Shown: positions 51,575-61,089, counted from the stretch's first letter. The stretch is 64,000 nt of DNA from an uncultured delta proteobacterium (GCA_963848135.1 CAWKCK010000018.1:386938-450937); one strand, 5' to 3'. A program made the numbers and translations. Notes: generated by a model not told the origin, from the sequence alone.

Positions 51575-52687
51575 ATGAAAAAGAAAATATTATATGTTGG
51601 TTTGGATGTCCACAAAAATACCATTGATGCAGCAATAACAAACAGCCGGTCAAATGGTAAGGTGAGATCCTACGGTAAAATTAACAGCACTCTCGATGCA
51701 CTGGACAAGCTGGTTGAGAAGTTAAAAGGCAACAATGTCGAGCTTCGATTTGTATACGAAGCCGGACCATGTGGCTACCAGATTTACCGGCACCTTGCTT
51801 CCAAAAACATCAGCTGCTCTGTGGTTGCCCCTTCCATGATTCCCAGAAGAAGTGGCGATCGGATCAAAACCGACCGTCGCGATGCCATCAACCTGGTAAG
51901 GTTATATCGGGCCGGTGAGTTGACCAGCATTTATGTACCGACCGTTGAAGATGAAGCCATCAGGGATCTTGTCCGCTGCAGGGATGACATCAGGCGCATC
52001 GAACGTAAAGCTCGCCAACGACTCCTATCATTTTTACTGCGTCATGGGCATCACTACAGCGGTAAGAGGCATTGGACAAAGGGCTTTTATAATTGGCTGG
52101 CAAAAATCAGGTATTCTCAGACGGCCCAACAAATTGCTCTTCAGGAGTATATCGATACGGCAAGTGAATGTAGCGAAAGGGTCAAACGAATCACCCAACA
52201 AATACAAGTGCATGTTGACCAGTGGAACCGGGCACCCTATGTGAGAGCCTATCAAGCCCTGCGAGGCGTATCGTTAATTGTTTCGGCCACCGTTGTGGCC
52301 GAGATTGGCGATATGAACCGTTTCCCGAACCCCAAGCAGCTAATGGCCTATCTGGGACTCATCCCTTCAGAGCATTCCAGTGGTAAAAAGGTCCGCCGGG
52401 GCTCGATTACCAAAACGGGCAACAGTCATGTGCGACGGGTTTTGGTCGAAGCGGCCTGGACCTATAAAATGCCAGCACGAAAATCTATAATACTTCTTAA
52501 ACGTCAGCAGGGATTACCCAAAAGCGTGTGCGATATATCCTGGAAAGCCCAAACACGCTTATGCGCCCGTTACCGGCGACTTATTGCCAGGGGGAAATCC
52601 AGACAGGCCACAGTGACCGCCATCGCTCGCGAATTGAGTGCTTTTATGTGGGCCATCGATAAACAAATGAAACTGACCATTTCATAA
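51575..52687 (+). CDS. IS110 family transposase (DEDD recombinase)
   Basis: YVGLDVHK, VYEAGPCG, KTDRRDA, AYLGLIPSEHSSG, ITKTGN. Confidence 0.96.
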   Translation: MKKKILYVGLDVHKNTIDAAITNSRSNGKVRSYGKINSTLDALDKLVEKLKGNNVELRFVYEAGPCGYQIYRHLASKNISCSVVAPSMIPRRSGDRIKTDRRDAINLVRLYRAGELTSIYVPTVEDEAIRDLVRCRDDIRRIERKARQRLLSFLLRHGHHYSGKRHWTKGFYNWLAKIRYSQTAQQIALQEYIDTASECSERVKRITQQIQVHVDQWNRAPYVRAYQALRGVSLIVSATVVAEIGDMNRFPNPKQLMAYLGLIPSEHSSGKKVRRGSITKTGNSHVRRVLVEAAWTYKMPARKSIILLKRQQGLPKSVCDISWKAQTRLCARYRRLIARGKSRQATVTAIARELSAFMWAIDKQMKLTIS

Positions 52688-52696
52688 AATACTTTT

Positions 52697-52882
52697 TTCC
52701 CGCTTCCCTGAAGAGGTGTGACTACGGAAAGGAGAATCCTCGTTTCTGCTATGGGAATATAAAACTCCCGCTTAATAGAGAGAGGCAGCTCCGCGACGAA
52801 CCTAAGTCATGCGGTAACCAACCCGCGTATATCAGCATGATCATCCGTCGCTAAAAAGTCGCGCCTCTTCAGGGAGCCGGGA
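52697..52882 (+). ncRNA. putative bridge/seek RNA of the IS110 element
   Basis: Long closing stem plus two internal-loop hairpins whose loops match the target and donor junction sequences (folded by eye). Confidence 0.72.
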
Positions 52883-52968
52883 GGATAAATTGCCCCATGT
52901 CAAAATAGGGATGGACCAGTATTTTCTAATTGACACTTTCAAACATATCAGCAGTAATCGTGAGTCGG

Positions 52969-53417
52969 TCAGACCTTATGTTTTGTTGGTGATAGTACAG
53001 GTTTCGAACCAGATTTCATCAGCCCAATATATTGTATGGTCAGAACTTTACGTGCAATATCCATGAACCCTTTCATGATAGGCGAAAGCCATTCCCCCTT
53101 ATGCCAGATCATTAGTTGAGTCGCTTCTATGTTAATTTCTGACCATGGTAAGGTTACCGAATATTTCAACTCAAGCTCACATCGATTTCAGGGATTAAAG
53201 TTACGCTAAATCCGGCGGCCACACATTCAATGATGGCTACAACACTATTAAATTCAAGAACCATTTTGGGCTCACACCGTGACTCCTGCAAGATTTGCTC
53301 AAGTATTCGCCGATAACTACAATCAACCCGCGAGAGTAAAAGTTTATGGTCAACCAACATGCCTAAAGCTGTACTGAAGATAAAATCCCAGGGACGGATG
53401 CCGCTCAATCCAGCCAT
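52969..53417 (-). pseudogene. LysR-family regulator remnant (substrate-binding domain only, frameshifted)
   Basis: CSYRRILEQ..EFNSVVAIIECVAAGFSVTLIPE and MIWHKGEWLSP split over two frames; no HTH. Confidence 0.75.
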
Positions 53418-53449
53418 GTAGCTAATAATATCTTCTCGTCTAAAAACAA

Positions 53450-53482
53450 AAAGCCCTGTCCACTACGATAAGACAGGGCTTC
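53450..53482 (-). terminator. intrinsic terminator downstream of hsp20
   Basis: AAGCCCTGTC ... GACAGGGCTT stem, U-tract on minus strand. Confidence 0.6.
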
Positions 53483-53538
53483 AACACAAATTGTGTTTTC
53501 CAGTCCAGTTATTAAAAACCTAACTCATTAGCGAGTCA

Positions 53539-53883
53539 TCAGGCGGCTTCAAGGCTTACAGTCTTGGCTTCCACCTTGCCAGCCTTAATGGCAACTTTCA
53601 CTGCATCTTCCATTGGATCCTTTAAAGGCACCTCGATTCGAAGCAATCCGTGCTCGTAAGTAGCTTCTGCTTTGTCAGGTTTTACAGGCCAACCCAATGC
53701 CAGTGCCGAAACGTACTCAATGTCCCTTGCTGGCGCCAATAAATAGACACTATCTTTTAGTACCTTCACATCGATGGTTTCCGTTGGCGCTCCTGGGATT
53801 GCGAACTCCACTATTAGCTTGTGCTGCTCCCCGTCTGCATACGCTACCGTAACGGGCGCTACCTTCATGCGATCTACCTGCAT
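53539..53883 (-). CDS. Hsp20/alpha-crystallin family protein
   Basis: EFAIPG, AEATYEHGLLRIEVP; AAGGAG RBS. Confidence 0.88.
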   Translation of the reverse strand: MQVDRMKVAPVTVAYADGEQHKLIVEFAIPGAPTETIDVKVLKDSVYLLAPARDIEYVSALALGWPVKPDKAEATYEHGLLRIEVPLKDPMEDAVKVAIKAGKVEAKTVSLEAA

Positions 53884-54565
53884 CTTTACACACTCCTTTA
53901 TGTCTTGATTCCCGATTAGTCGGGCCTATTGCCAATTAATCCATCGACTTTACGGAAATATAGCTTGGTATTCTAAAGTATGCACGATTGTAGTGAAGTA
54001 AAGGTTTTTCTATGTAACGTTATGTAATCTACACTTATTCTTTAGCATTTGAACTGGGAACTTATTGCCGTTGTGTGCCCTATTTATTATCAGGGTTTAA
54101 ACACAAAACATCTGTACCTAAAAAAAGCAGTGCCATTTCTGACCCTGCTCAATTTACTGCCTCCAAATGTGTCGTTATTCAGAGAGAAGATGCACGCACA
54201 CCCAAGAAGCTCCTTAAATGCTGCCCAAACATTCCTTTTTTGAAGTATAACCTTTGGGATGCTTTAAGGCATCCCATGGTTTATTATTGCTTATCTAAGT
54301 TGGGTTACATTTACATCTATATAATACGCACGAATTATAGAAATTCAATATCACATAGTGGATTTCCTAATAAAGGCTAAATGTCAGAACCCCGATTTAG
54401 TGGAATAGATATGATAATCTTCAAAATTTCAACGTCAGGTATACTATGGGAATATAGCCGTCGTGCAGTTTTCATATTGACCAGTTCGATACAAATACAT
54501 TGAGAGTAAGCTGCAATTTTGAGCTCTTAGAATATAGCGACAACCACTTCAATAAAGAAAAATGC

Positions 54566-54781
54566 TCATCTCATCTTTATGTTCTGCCCCCAAACATATC
54601 CACAGCTGCTGCAGCTCCATCTAAACACAGGACCACTTTCAGGCCGCAAGCCACCCGTCATTGCAAGCCCTTGTTTTATGCGTTCAGCTTCATCCCGTGT
54701 TGGGGCACCATAGATGATTTCTAAACTCTCGTGTTCAGAGCACTTAGGGCATATTTGTTTTCGAAATTTATCGGTAACCAT
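54566..54781 (-). CDS. small hypothetical protein with two CxxC motifs
   Basis: CPKC..IIYGAP..GG..WSCSSCGYVW. Confidence 0.65.
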   Translation of the reverse strand: MVTDKFRKQICPKCSEHESLEIIYGAPTRDEAERIKQGLAMTGGLRPESGPVFRWSCSSCGYVWGQNIKMR

Positions 54782-55132
54782 ATTTTCTCAGAACCCTTGA
54801 CTTATGGGTTTCAGGAATCTCTTTGAAAAAATCTTTCATTTTTTCAGATGAGCAGATCGGATTTCACAGGAAAACACATCAGTAAAATATTCATACAACT
54901 TGCCACTGTACGACATAAAAAGGTAATTGACTGAAAGCGTTACAGAGGTCATTATCTGCCTGTTATTTCTGCAAAAAACGAAAGGAGGCAGTGATGAACC
55001 TCGAACACGTTTCCGCAGAAACCCAGACCGATCAACGCTGTCCTAATTGCCAGTTAATGGCACAGCAAATCTGAGAAAATGGGGTGACACTCCCGAGTGT
55101 AAAAACCTATTACACAGAAAGGAGTGAGACCC

Positions 55133-56944
55133 ATGGCAAAGAAAAAGAAGAACCGTTCGGCCGGGGGGAAGAAAGCCACCCGGACCTGGGCCTATCCGGT
55201 TGAGTTCCGAGTCCGGATCGTTAAACTCTTCATGGAGGAGGGCTACAGCGCCTCGCTGATCAGTGAACAGCTCGGCATAAGCCATCATTCGATCCGCCGC
55301 TGGGTCAATGCGTACCGGCAGGGCGGTGTCCAGGGATTGGAGCCCAAGCCTCGCCCAGGAAGTAAATCCAGCGTAAAGCCTGAGGTCCGGCGGCGAATGG
55401 TGGCGGTCAAGAAGGCGCACCCGGAATACGGACCGCGACGAATCGCCGACGTCCTCAAACGGTTTTTCCTTATCCCTGCCAGCCAATCAACTGTCCATCG
55501 AACGCTGTCCGACAATGGATTGGTCAGCAAGGCCAAGCGCAAACCGGTAAAGAATCCTTCCAAGCCCAGGTTTTTCGAGCGCTCCCGTCCCAACCAGCTG
55601 TGGCAGAGCGACATCATGTCCTTCCGGCTGGCCGGACGCAACGCCTACCTGATCGGCTTCATGGACGATTACAGCCGCTACATCACCGCCCTGGGATTGT
55701 ACCGCAGCCAGACGGCCGCCCATGTGCTGGAGACCTATCGCCGGGGTATTGCCGAATACGGTGTGCCCAGGGAGATGCTCACCGACAACGGCCGCCAGTA
55801 CACCAACTGGCGGGGCAAGACGCGCTTCGAGCGGGAGATGAAAAAGGACCGTGTCAAGCATATCCGTTCGCGTCCCCACCATCCCATGACCCTGGGAAAG
55901 ATCGAGCGTTTCTGGAAATCGATCCTGGGCGAGTTCCTCCAGCGGGCCCAGTTCGACAGCTTCGAGCAGGCGGTGGAGCGAACTAATTTTTGGATCAAAT
56001 ATTACAATCACCGACGCCCTCACCAGGGTATCGGCGGCCTGTGCCCGGCCGACCGATTCTTCGAAATCGCCCACGAGCTGAAGAAGACCCTGCAGCGCGG
56101 CGTCGAGGAAAACGCACTCGAATTGGCGCTTCGGGGCCGCCCGGTGGACCCATTTTACATGGTCGGTCGCATGGGCGGCCAATCGGTGGTCATCCGTGCC
56201 GAAAAGGGCAAGGTCAGGATGCTGGTGGACGAGGCCAGCCACAAAAAAGAACTTGTGTACGACGCAAGAAAGGATATAGACCATGAAGACAAGCCAACGA
56301 ACCCGCAGAGTATTCGACCCGCAGCAGAAAATAACGGCCGTTTTGTCGATCTGGAGCGAGCGGCGCACCAGCGCCCAGGTTTGCCAGGAACTGGAGATCG
56401 AGGGCATGCTCAAGGCCCTGGACCCAAAGCAGAAGGACCCGCTGCCGCCGATCAACCAGCGGTTGTCCCGGCTGATCGCAAAGAAGCTGAACGATCCGGG
56501 CGGCAAACTGGAAAAACGTCTCCAATCCATCCAGAAGGCAGCGTCGGCCGGATAGGCGAGGAAGCCTATGGCAAAGCAACCATCGAATCAGCAAATGGCG
56601 CGGCTCAGGGCCGAGATGATCATGAAGGTCCGCTGCGGCCTGCTTACCGCCCGCCAGGCCGCCGATCGGCTGGGCGTGTCTCGCAAGACGTTCTACAAGT
56701 GGGAGACGCGGGGACTGTCCGCCCTTCTGGACAGTGTGACCGACCAGCCTCCCGGCCGCCCGTCTCATCCGTCGGACGACCATCGCCAATGGCTGGAGAA
56801 GCAGCTCCAGGACGCCAACCGGCAGATCGAACTGCTGAACCACAAAATGGCGCTGAAGGATGTGCTGATGGATTTGAAGCTTCCCCAAACCGGCAGCGAC
56901 CGGACGAAAAAAAAATGAACGCATCCGACAGGCGGTGGCCATGA
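55133..56944 (+). CDS. IS481-like DDE transposase (C-terminal ~190 aa probably spurious run-on)
   Basis: HTH; LWQSD, LTDNGRQY, GKIERFW, YYNHRRPHQGI; tail is low-complexity and overlaps two other ORFs. Confidence 0.9.
   Translation: MAKKKKNRSAGGKKATRTWAYPVEFRVRIVKLFMEEGYSASLISEQLGISHHSIRRWVNAYRQGGVQGLEPKPRPGSKSSVKPEVRRRMVAVKKAHPEYGPRRIADVLKRFFLIPASQSTVHRTLSDNGLVSKAKRKPVKNPSKPRFFERSRPNQLWQSDIMSFRLAGRNAYLIGFMDDYSRYITALGLYRSQTAAHVLETYRRGIAEYGVPREMLTDNGRQYTNWRGKTRFEREMKKDRVKHIRSRPHHPMTLGKIERFWKSILGEFLQRAQFDSFEQAVERTNFWIKYYNHRRPHQGIGGLCPADRFFEIAHELKKTLQRGVEENALELALRGRPVDPFYMVGRMGGQSVVIRAEKGKVRMLVDEASHKKELVYDARKDIDHEDKPTNPQSIRPAAENNGRFVDLERAAHQRPGLPGTGDRGHAQGPGPKAEGPAAADQPAVVPADRKEAERSGRQTGKTSPIHPEGSVGRIGEEAYGKATIESANGAAQGRDDHEGPLRPAYRPPGRRSAGRVSQDVLQVGDAGTVRPSGQCDRPASRPPVSSVGRPSPMAGEAAPGRQPADRTAEPQNGAEGCADGFEASPNRQRPDEKKMNASDRRWP
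56283..56555 (+). CDS. transposon accessory HTH-like protein (possibly internally deleted)
   Basis: RRVFDPQQKITAVL..SAQVCQELEI resembles an IS3 OrfA-type HTH start; AAGGA RBS. Confidence 0.65.
   Translation: MKTSQRTRRVFDPQQKITAVLSIWSERRTSAQVCQELEIEGMLKALDPKQKDPLPPINQRLSRLIAKKLNDPGGKLEKRLQSIQKAASAG
56568..56918 (+). CDS. HTH plus coiled-coil transposon protein (OrfA-like)
   Basis: TARQAADRLGVSRKTFYKWE..PPGRP followed by a leucine-zipper-like segment; ends in an A9 run. Confidence 0.82.
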   Translation: MAKQPSNQQMARLRAEMIMKVRCGLLTARQAADRLGVSRKTFYKWETRGLSALLDSVTDQPPGRPSHPSDDHRQWLEKQLQDANRQIELLNHKMALKDVLMDLKLPQTGSDRTKKK

Positions 56945-57981
56945 TCGAAGAGATGAAAACAGCCTATTCGCTCTCCTATACCCGCCTGGCGGACCAGGCA
57001 GGGCTGCGCTATCGAACGCTGATGCGCTGGAAACAGCGGCTTGCCAACGGCAAGGACGCCGTGGGAAAATGCGGCCCGAAGAAGGTCCGGCCGTTGAATC
57101 TCACCGAATTCAAGAAAAAGATCCAGGATTTGAATCACGGTCGCAAACGCAGCCGCGGCACCGGCAGGCTTCATGCTGATTACGGCGAATCGATCTCCCG
57201 CAGGGAATTGAACGTGCTGGTTCGCAAGGCCCGCCGTGAGACCCATCGTCATCGGAAAGCCGAAGCCTGTCACGTTCGTTGGCTACGACCGAACCTGGCC
57301 TGGGCCGTTGACGATTGCCGGAAAAGCGATACCGAAGCGACCGGAACGCTGCATCTACACAACCTGACGGACCTTTGTTCTCGCTATAAGCTGCCACCCA
57401 TCGCTTCCGGCAAGTTGCCCTGTGGAGAGGAGGTGGCCGGGCATCTGGCGCACCTGTTTGACCGCTTCGGTCCTCCTTTGTTCTGCAAGCGCGACAACGG
57501 TGGCAACCTGAACCACGCGACGGTTGACGAGGTGCTGGAAGATGCTTGGGTGATCCCGATTAACAGCCCGCAGTGCAGGCCTTCTTACAATGGTGCGATC
57601 GAACGGGCCCAACGGGAGTTCAAGGACCAAATCAAACGCTGGCAGTGGAAAGCCAATACGATGGAAGCATATTGTCTTTTGGCGGAAACTACGGCTCATG
57701 AGTTGAACCACAAACCCCGGCGCTGCCTGAATAATCGGACGGCCTACAATACCTATTTTGGAGATGGCCGCATTGGTTACACGAAACGCCAACGAAAATC
57801 CTTTTACCGATGGATACGGGACCTGGCAATCGAAATCGCGCTCCGGGCTGGCAAGCCTAAAATCACCAACGTGGAATGGAGAGTCGCTGCCAAGCAATGG
57901 CTGCTGAAAAATGATCTGGTCAAAATCGTAAGAGCGGGAAAAGTGTCACCCTATTTAAATCGAAACTTGTGCCATAATTAG
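56935..57981 (+). CDS. second DDE integrase/transposase (rve core)
   Basis: NLAWAVD, KRDNGGNL, YNGAIERAQREFK, LNHKPR. Confidence 0.87.
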   Translation: MAMIEEMKTAYSLSYTRLADQAGLRYRTLMRWKQRLANGKDAVGKCGPKKVRPLNLTEFKKKIQDLNHGRKRSRGTGRLHADYGESISRRELNVLVRKARRETHRHRKAEACHVRWLRPNLAWAVDDCRKSDTEATGTLHLHNLTDLCSRYKLPPIASGKLPCGEEVAGHLAHLFDRFGPPLFCKRDNGGNLNHATVDEVLEDAWVIPINSPQCRPSYNGAIERAQREFKDQIKRWQWKANTMEAYCLLAETTAHELNHKPRRCLNNRTAYNTYFGDGRIGYTKRQRKSFYRWIRDLAIEIALRAGKPKITNVEWRVAAKQWLLKNDLVKIVRAGKVSPYLNRNLCHN

Positions 57982-58139
57982 CGATGTCGTACAACTATGA
58001 TATCACCCAATGTGCCACGGTTTTAGCCGTCTGAGTTAAATGCTTGGTCAGCGGGAAATGTCCTTTTATAATACGGCTGGCCAAGTCACAAAATATAAAA
58101 TCTGGTTTGCCAACAGCTTCGGAAACGCATGATATAAAA

Positions 58140-58334
58140 TTAATGATATTGCTGTTTACGCACTGAATATGAATCTTTCAGTCTTTGCGTGAATTCAGCA
58201 TCGTTATCATAATGTGACTTTGGCATCTTCTGCATAACTTCATCAATATAGCAATCTTCGCACAATATTTTAGAATGAAATTCCCGCCCATCACCTTCCT
58301 TTATAGTTGATTTGCATTTTTCGCATTTTTTCAT
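58140..58334 (-). CDS. small Cys-rich hypothetical protein
   Basis: MKKCEKC...LCEDCYID; GGAG RBS. Confidence 0.75.
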   Translation of the reverse strand: MKKCEKCKSTIKEGDGREFHSKILCEDCYIDEVMQKMPKSHYDNDAEFTQRLKDSYSVRKQQYH

Positions 58335-58678
58335 TTTACTCCGCCAATTCCTTTAAAAGGGTCATTTCAAATTGCCCGTTAACAGGTATTATACAGAATC
58401 TGGTATATAAAATAGATTCTATATTAAAGAGTATCCCATATAAAAAGGGCTTCATAGAGTTTGGGGCTTTCTTGCCAAAATCTACATTAACATTTTCCTT
58501 GGATTCGTAAACAATACGTTCTGGCTATCTCAAGCAAATCGACCAGACGATAGCTCAAGGATCATAGCAGCAAGTTTCAGTTCACCCAAACGGTTGATAC
58601 GTTGGAGCTAATTTGGATAAAACAAGGACATCAGGTCTGGTAACTATCGCCTGGATGCCCTTGTTAACGGGTCTCACT

Positions 58679-60298
58679 TCACTTCACCAGCTCGATCTCA
58701 CCCGCACGCCATACCTTCGTAAAGAAGGATTCCAGCGGACTGTAGAGGCGCAGGATGGTGAACCAACCCTTGCCAGGCATCGTCTGGATCCAGTTGCCGC
58801 GTTCCACGCCTTCCGGCTGTTCGGGGCCGAAGTTGATGGTCGTGGAACCATCGGCACTCGCCACAGCGGCGGGCGAAGGATAGCTCTGGCTACCGGCGCG
58901 CGGGTAGCGCTGCGGCGTGTCGAGCATCGATCGGGACTGGTTGTCATAGACGGTGAACGACCAGAACGCTTCAGACGGGATGTCCTTCGGAAGCGTACAC
59001 TTGTAAGTCTTACCGCCGTCGAAGGGATTCATGTCCACGTCGAGGAAGCCCATCAGATACTGCGAGCCGACCTTTGGGACGCGCATGATCATGCCGGGGG
59101 AGTCCAGGGTGTAGGCGTAGTAGAAGGCGGTCCGTGAATCGAGTGTGCGCGCGCCGGTCGGCGGGAAAGGCTTGAAATAGCCATCCTTCGTTATCATCGG
59201 TGGTGGCGTCTCGAAGTTGTAGCCGCCTTCCCACAGCATGTTACCCCACATCGAATTCTCGTAGTAGAACCAATCGGGATGCATTTTAGCGAAGCGCCAG
59301 TTCAGGACGCGACCGGTGGCATTGCCGAACTTCGCCGCGTCGTTTAGAACCCTCTTCGTGTTGGTATCCGGCTTGAAGGGCTTTCCCTTGACGATGCCGA
59401 TGGCGGCAAGCTGGCCGGCGAGCTCGACGTCGTAGCTGGTGGCCGGCTCCTGCTGCACGTTCTCGTTAATCATCTCGAAGTAGGTGTAATCGCTCGGCGG
59501 GATCGTGTTGAAGACCTTGCCAGTTGCCTCGATGAACTTGGTTTCGGGAACCGGCGGATTCACTTCAAGTCGGACTTTGCCGTCCAGTGCCGTGGCAATG
59601 CTGGTACCGAAGCCACCCGGCGTATAGGGATAGACCTTCATGGTCTTTTTGATCAGCTCTACGGCTGGCTTCGGATCGTTGTCCTCCAGATAGGCACGGG
59701 CCCCGTAGAGGATCCGGTTGGTCTTCGAGTGTGCCACGTGAAAGCCGCTGTCCGGCAGTGGACCGTCGTAGCCGGGAGGCACAATCAGATACTTTCCGCC
59801 TTCGCCGCGATCGGGTCCGGGAAATCCGATGTCGATGATCCATGAGAACCACATGTCGTTGATGGTGCCCACGCTCTTCGGCGGCTGTTCGATCACCATC
59901 GGCCCCTTGGTCAGATCAAAGACCGCAAGGTAATAGACGGTGTCCGCGTTGGCGGTCAGGAAGAGCGACTTCGCATCCATCAGCTCGGAGAAGATGATGA
60001 TCGTGTTGTTGTCCTCCGCGCCGATGCTTTGGAAGCCCTTCTGTAGCGCGTAGGCCGAGGCTCCGCGAAAGCTGTTGTTATAGGCGTTCAAGCCGTTGGT
60101 AAAGATCAGGAAGTCGGCCACCTTCTTGGCGGTTTCCGGTGTCGGAGCGCCGTCGTTGAAGGTGAGCTTGCCGAGGCCGGTCTCGACCACGTCCGGGGTG
60201 CGCAGCGACTGCGGGATTGCATCGTTTGATTGGGCGGATGCGTTCGACAAGGCCAGCGCACTTACGAGCGTAGCGGCCAGTAGTGATTTTACATTCAT
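58679..60298 (-). CDS. DUF1254/DUF1214 domain-containing secreted protein
   Basis: Signal peptide; LTANADTVY, GPDRGEGGKYL, FWSFTVYD, NWIQTMPGKGWFTILRLYSP. Confidence 0.92.
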   Translation of the reverse strand: MNVKSLLAATLVSALALSNASAQSNDAIPQSLRTPDVVETGLGKLTFNDGAPTPETAKKVADFLIFTNGLNAYNNSFRGASAYALQKGFQSIGAEDNNTIIIFSELMDAKSLFLTANADTVYYLAVFDLTKGPMVIEQPPKSVGTINDMWFSWIIDIGFPGPDRGEGGKYLIVPPGYDGPLPDSGFHVAHSKTNRILYGARAYLEDNDPKPAVELIKKTMKVYPYTPGGFGTSIATALDGKVRLEVNPPVPETKFIEATGKVFNTIPPSDYTYFEMINENVQQEPATSYDVELAGQLAAIGIVKGKPFKPDTNTKRVLNDAAKFGNATGRVLNWRFAKMHPDWFYYENSMWGNMLWEGGYNFETPPPMITKDGYFKPFPPTGARTLDSRTAFYYAYTLDSPGMIMRVPKVGSQYLMGFLDVDMNPFDGGKTYKCTLPKDIPSEAFWSFTVYDNQSRSMLDTPQRYPRAGSQSYPSPAAVASADGSTTINFGPEQPEGVERGNWIQTMPGKGWFTILRLYSPLESFFTKVWRAGEIELVK

Positions 60299-61089
60299 GG
60301 TTATTTTCCTTTCAGTTATTTATGACGTTGCGATTTGCATTATGATGCGTTGCTGGTCTTGTCGCTGCTGAGTTCGTGGCCCAATCCTTGTCGGACATCG
60401 TCGGATGATTATCAAGAAGATATTTTCTTCGGATGGCGCATAATAAGTCCAATATTATTCAGATATATGCAAGGGTTTCAAAATTTAGAAACGATAGACA
60501 AACGCAAAAAGGGGGTGAGTGGGCGCTTAGATTAGCCAATATTTGGACCGAAATTTAATCCGGTGCACCCCAAGATGGGGTGGTCGGCAGGTTTGCTCGA
60601 ATATTTGTGATTACATATCAATATCACCGAAAAATCCGACCCCTAGTTTATTACCAACTATTTGAGCTATTTCAACTACTTTTGTACCGAAACTGGCGGT
60701 TATTGTAATTAAGGGCATTTTTGATCCTCCCTCAGTATTCCGAATTTTATAAAAAAATTATGTTGAATCTTTATCGTATCGAATACCATATACCCACCTT
60801 AAGACACGGGCGAAAATTATTAAATATGACATTGATTTCGTTTTCCATTCTCCGATGCGCCTTCATGCGAAATTCGCTTAGTAACTTTCCCGTTTGTATG
60901 AATGAGAAAGTAGGTGCCAGAATTACATGTAATCAATACTTGGGAAACGGTGGCTTAGTATTTGGAGAGAAAATGGTACTTGGGGCTAAAACTAGCCAAA
61001 GGCTATACTAACAGAAATTGCATCAACAGAATCGATGCGGTTCGGCTATCTCAAAGAAATCCTCCAGATGATAGCGTTGAGGCCATAGA

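Larger units (their letters stand above)
51470..52951 (+). mobile_element. IS110-family (IS1111-like) insertion sequence, complete
   Basis: Subterminal IRs ATGTTTGAAAG (51477-87) / CTTTCAAACAT (52936-46); AG core at both boundaries; long structured 3' non-coding end. Confidence 0.88.
55039..57993 (+). mobile_element. multi-ORF IS481-like element with two DDE transposases
   Basis: TGT...ACA ends with in-register internal motifs ATGGCACA and GGGTGACACT; four co-oriented ORFs; alternative left end at 54907; no clear TSD. Confidence 0.8.

Noticed and set aside
55039..57993. Tn7-like or CRISPR-associated transposon
   Set aside because: No AAA+ ATPase, TniQ or Cas genes within or near the element.
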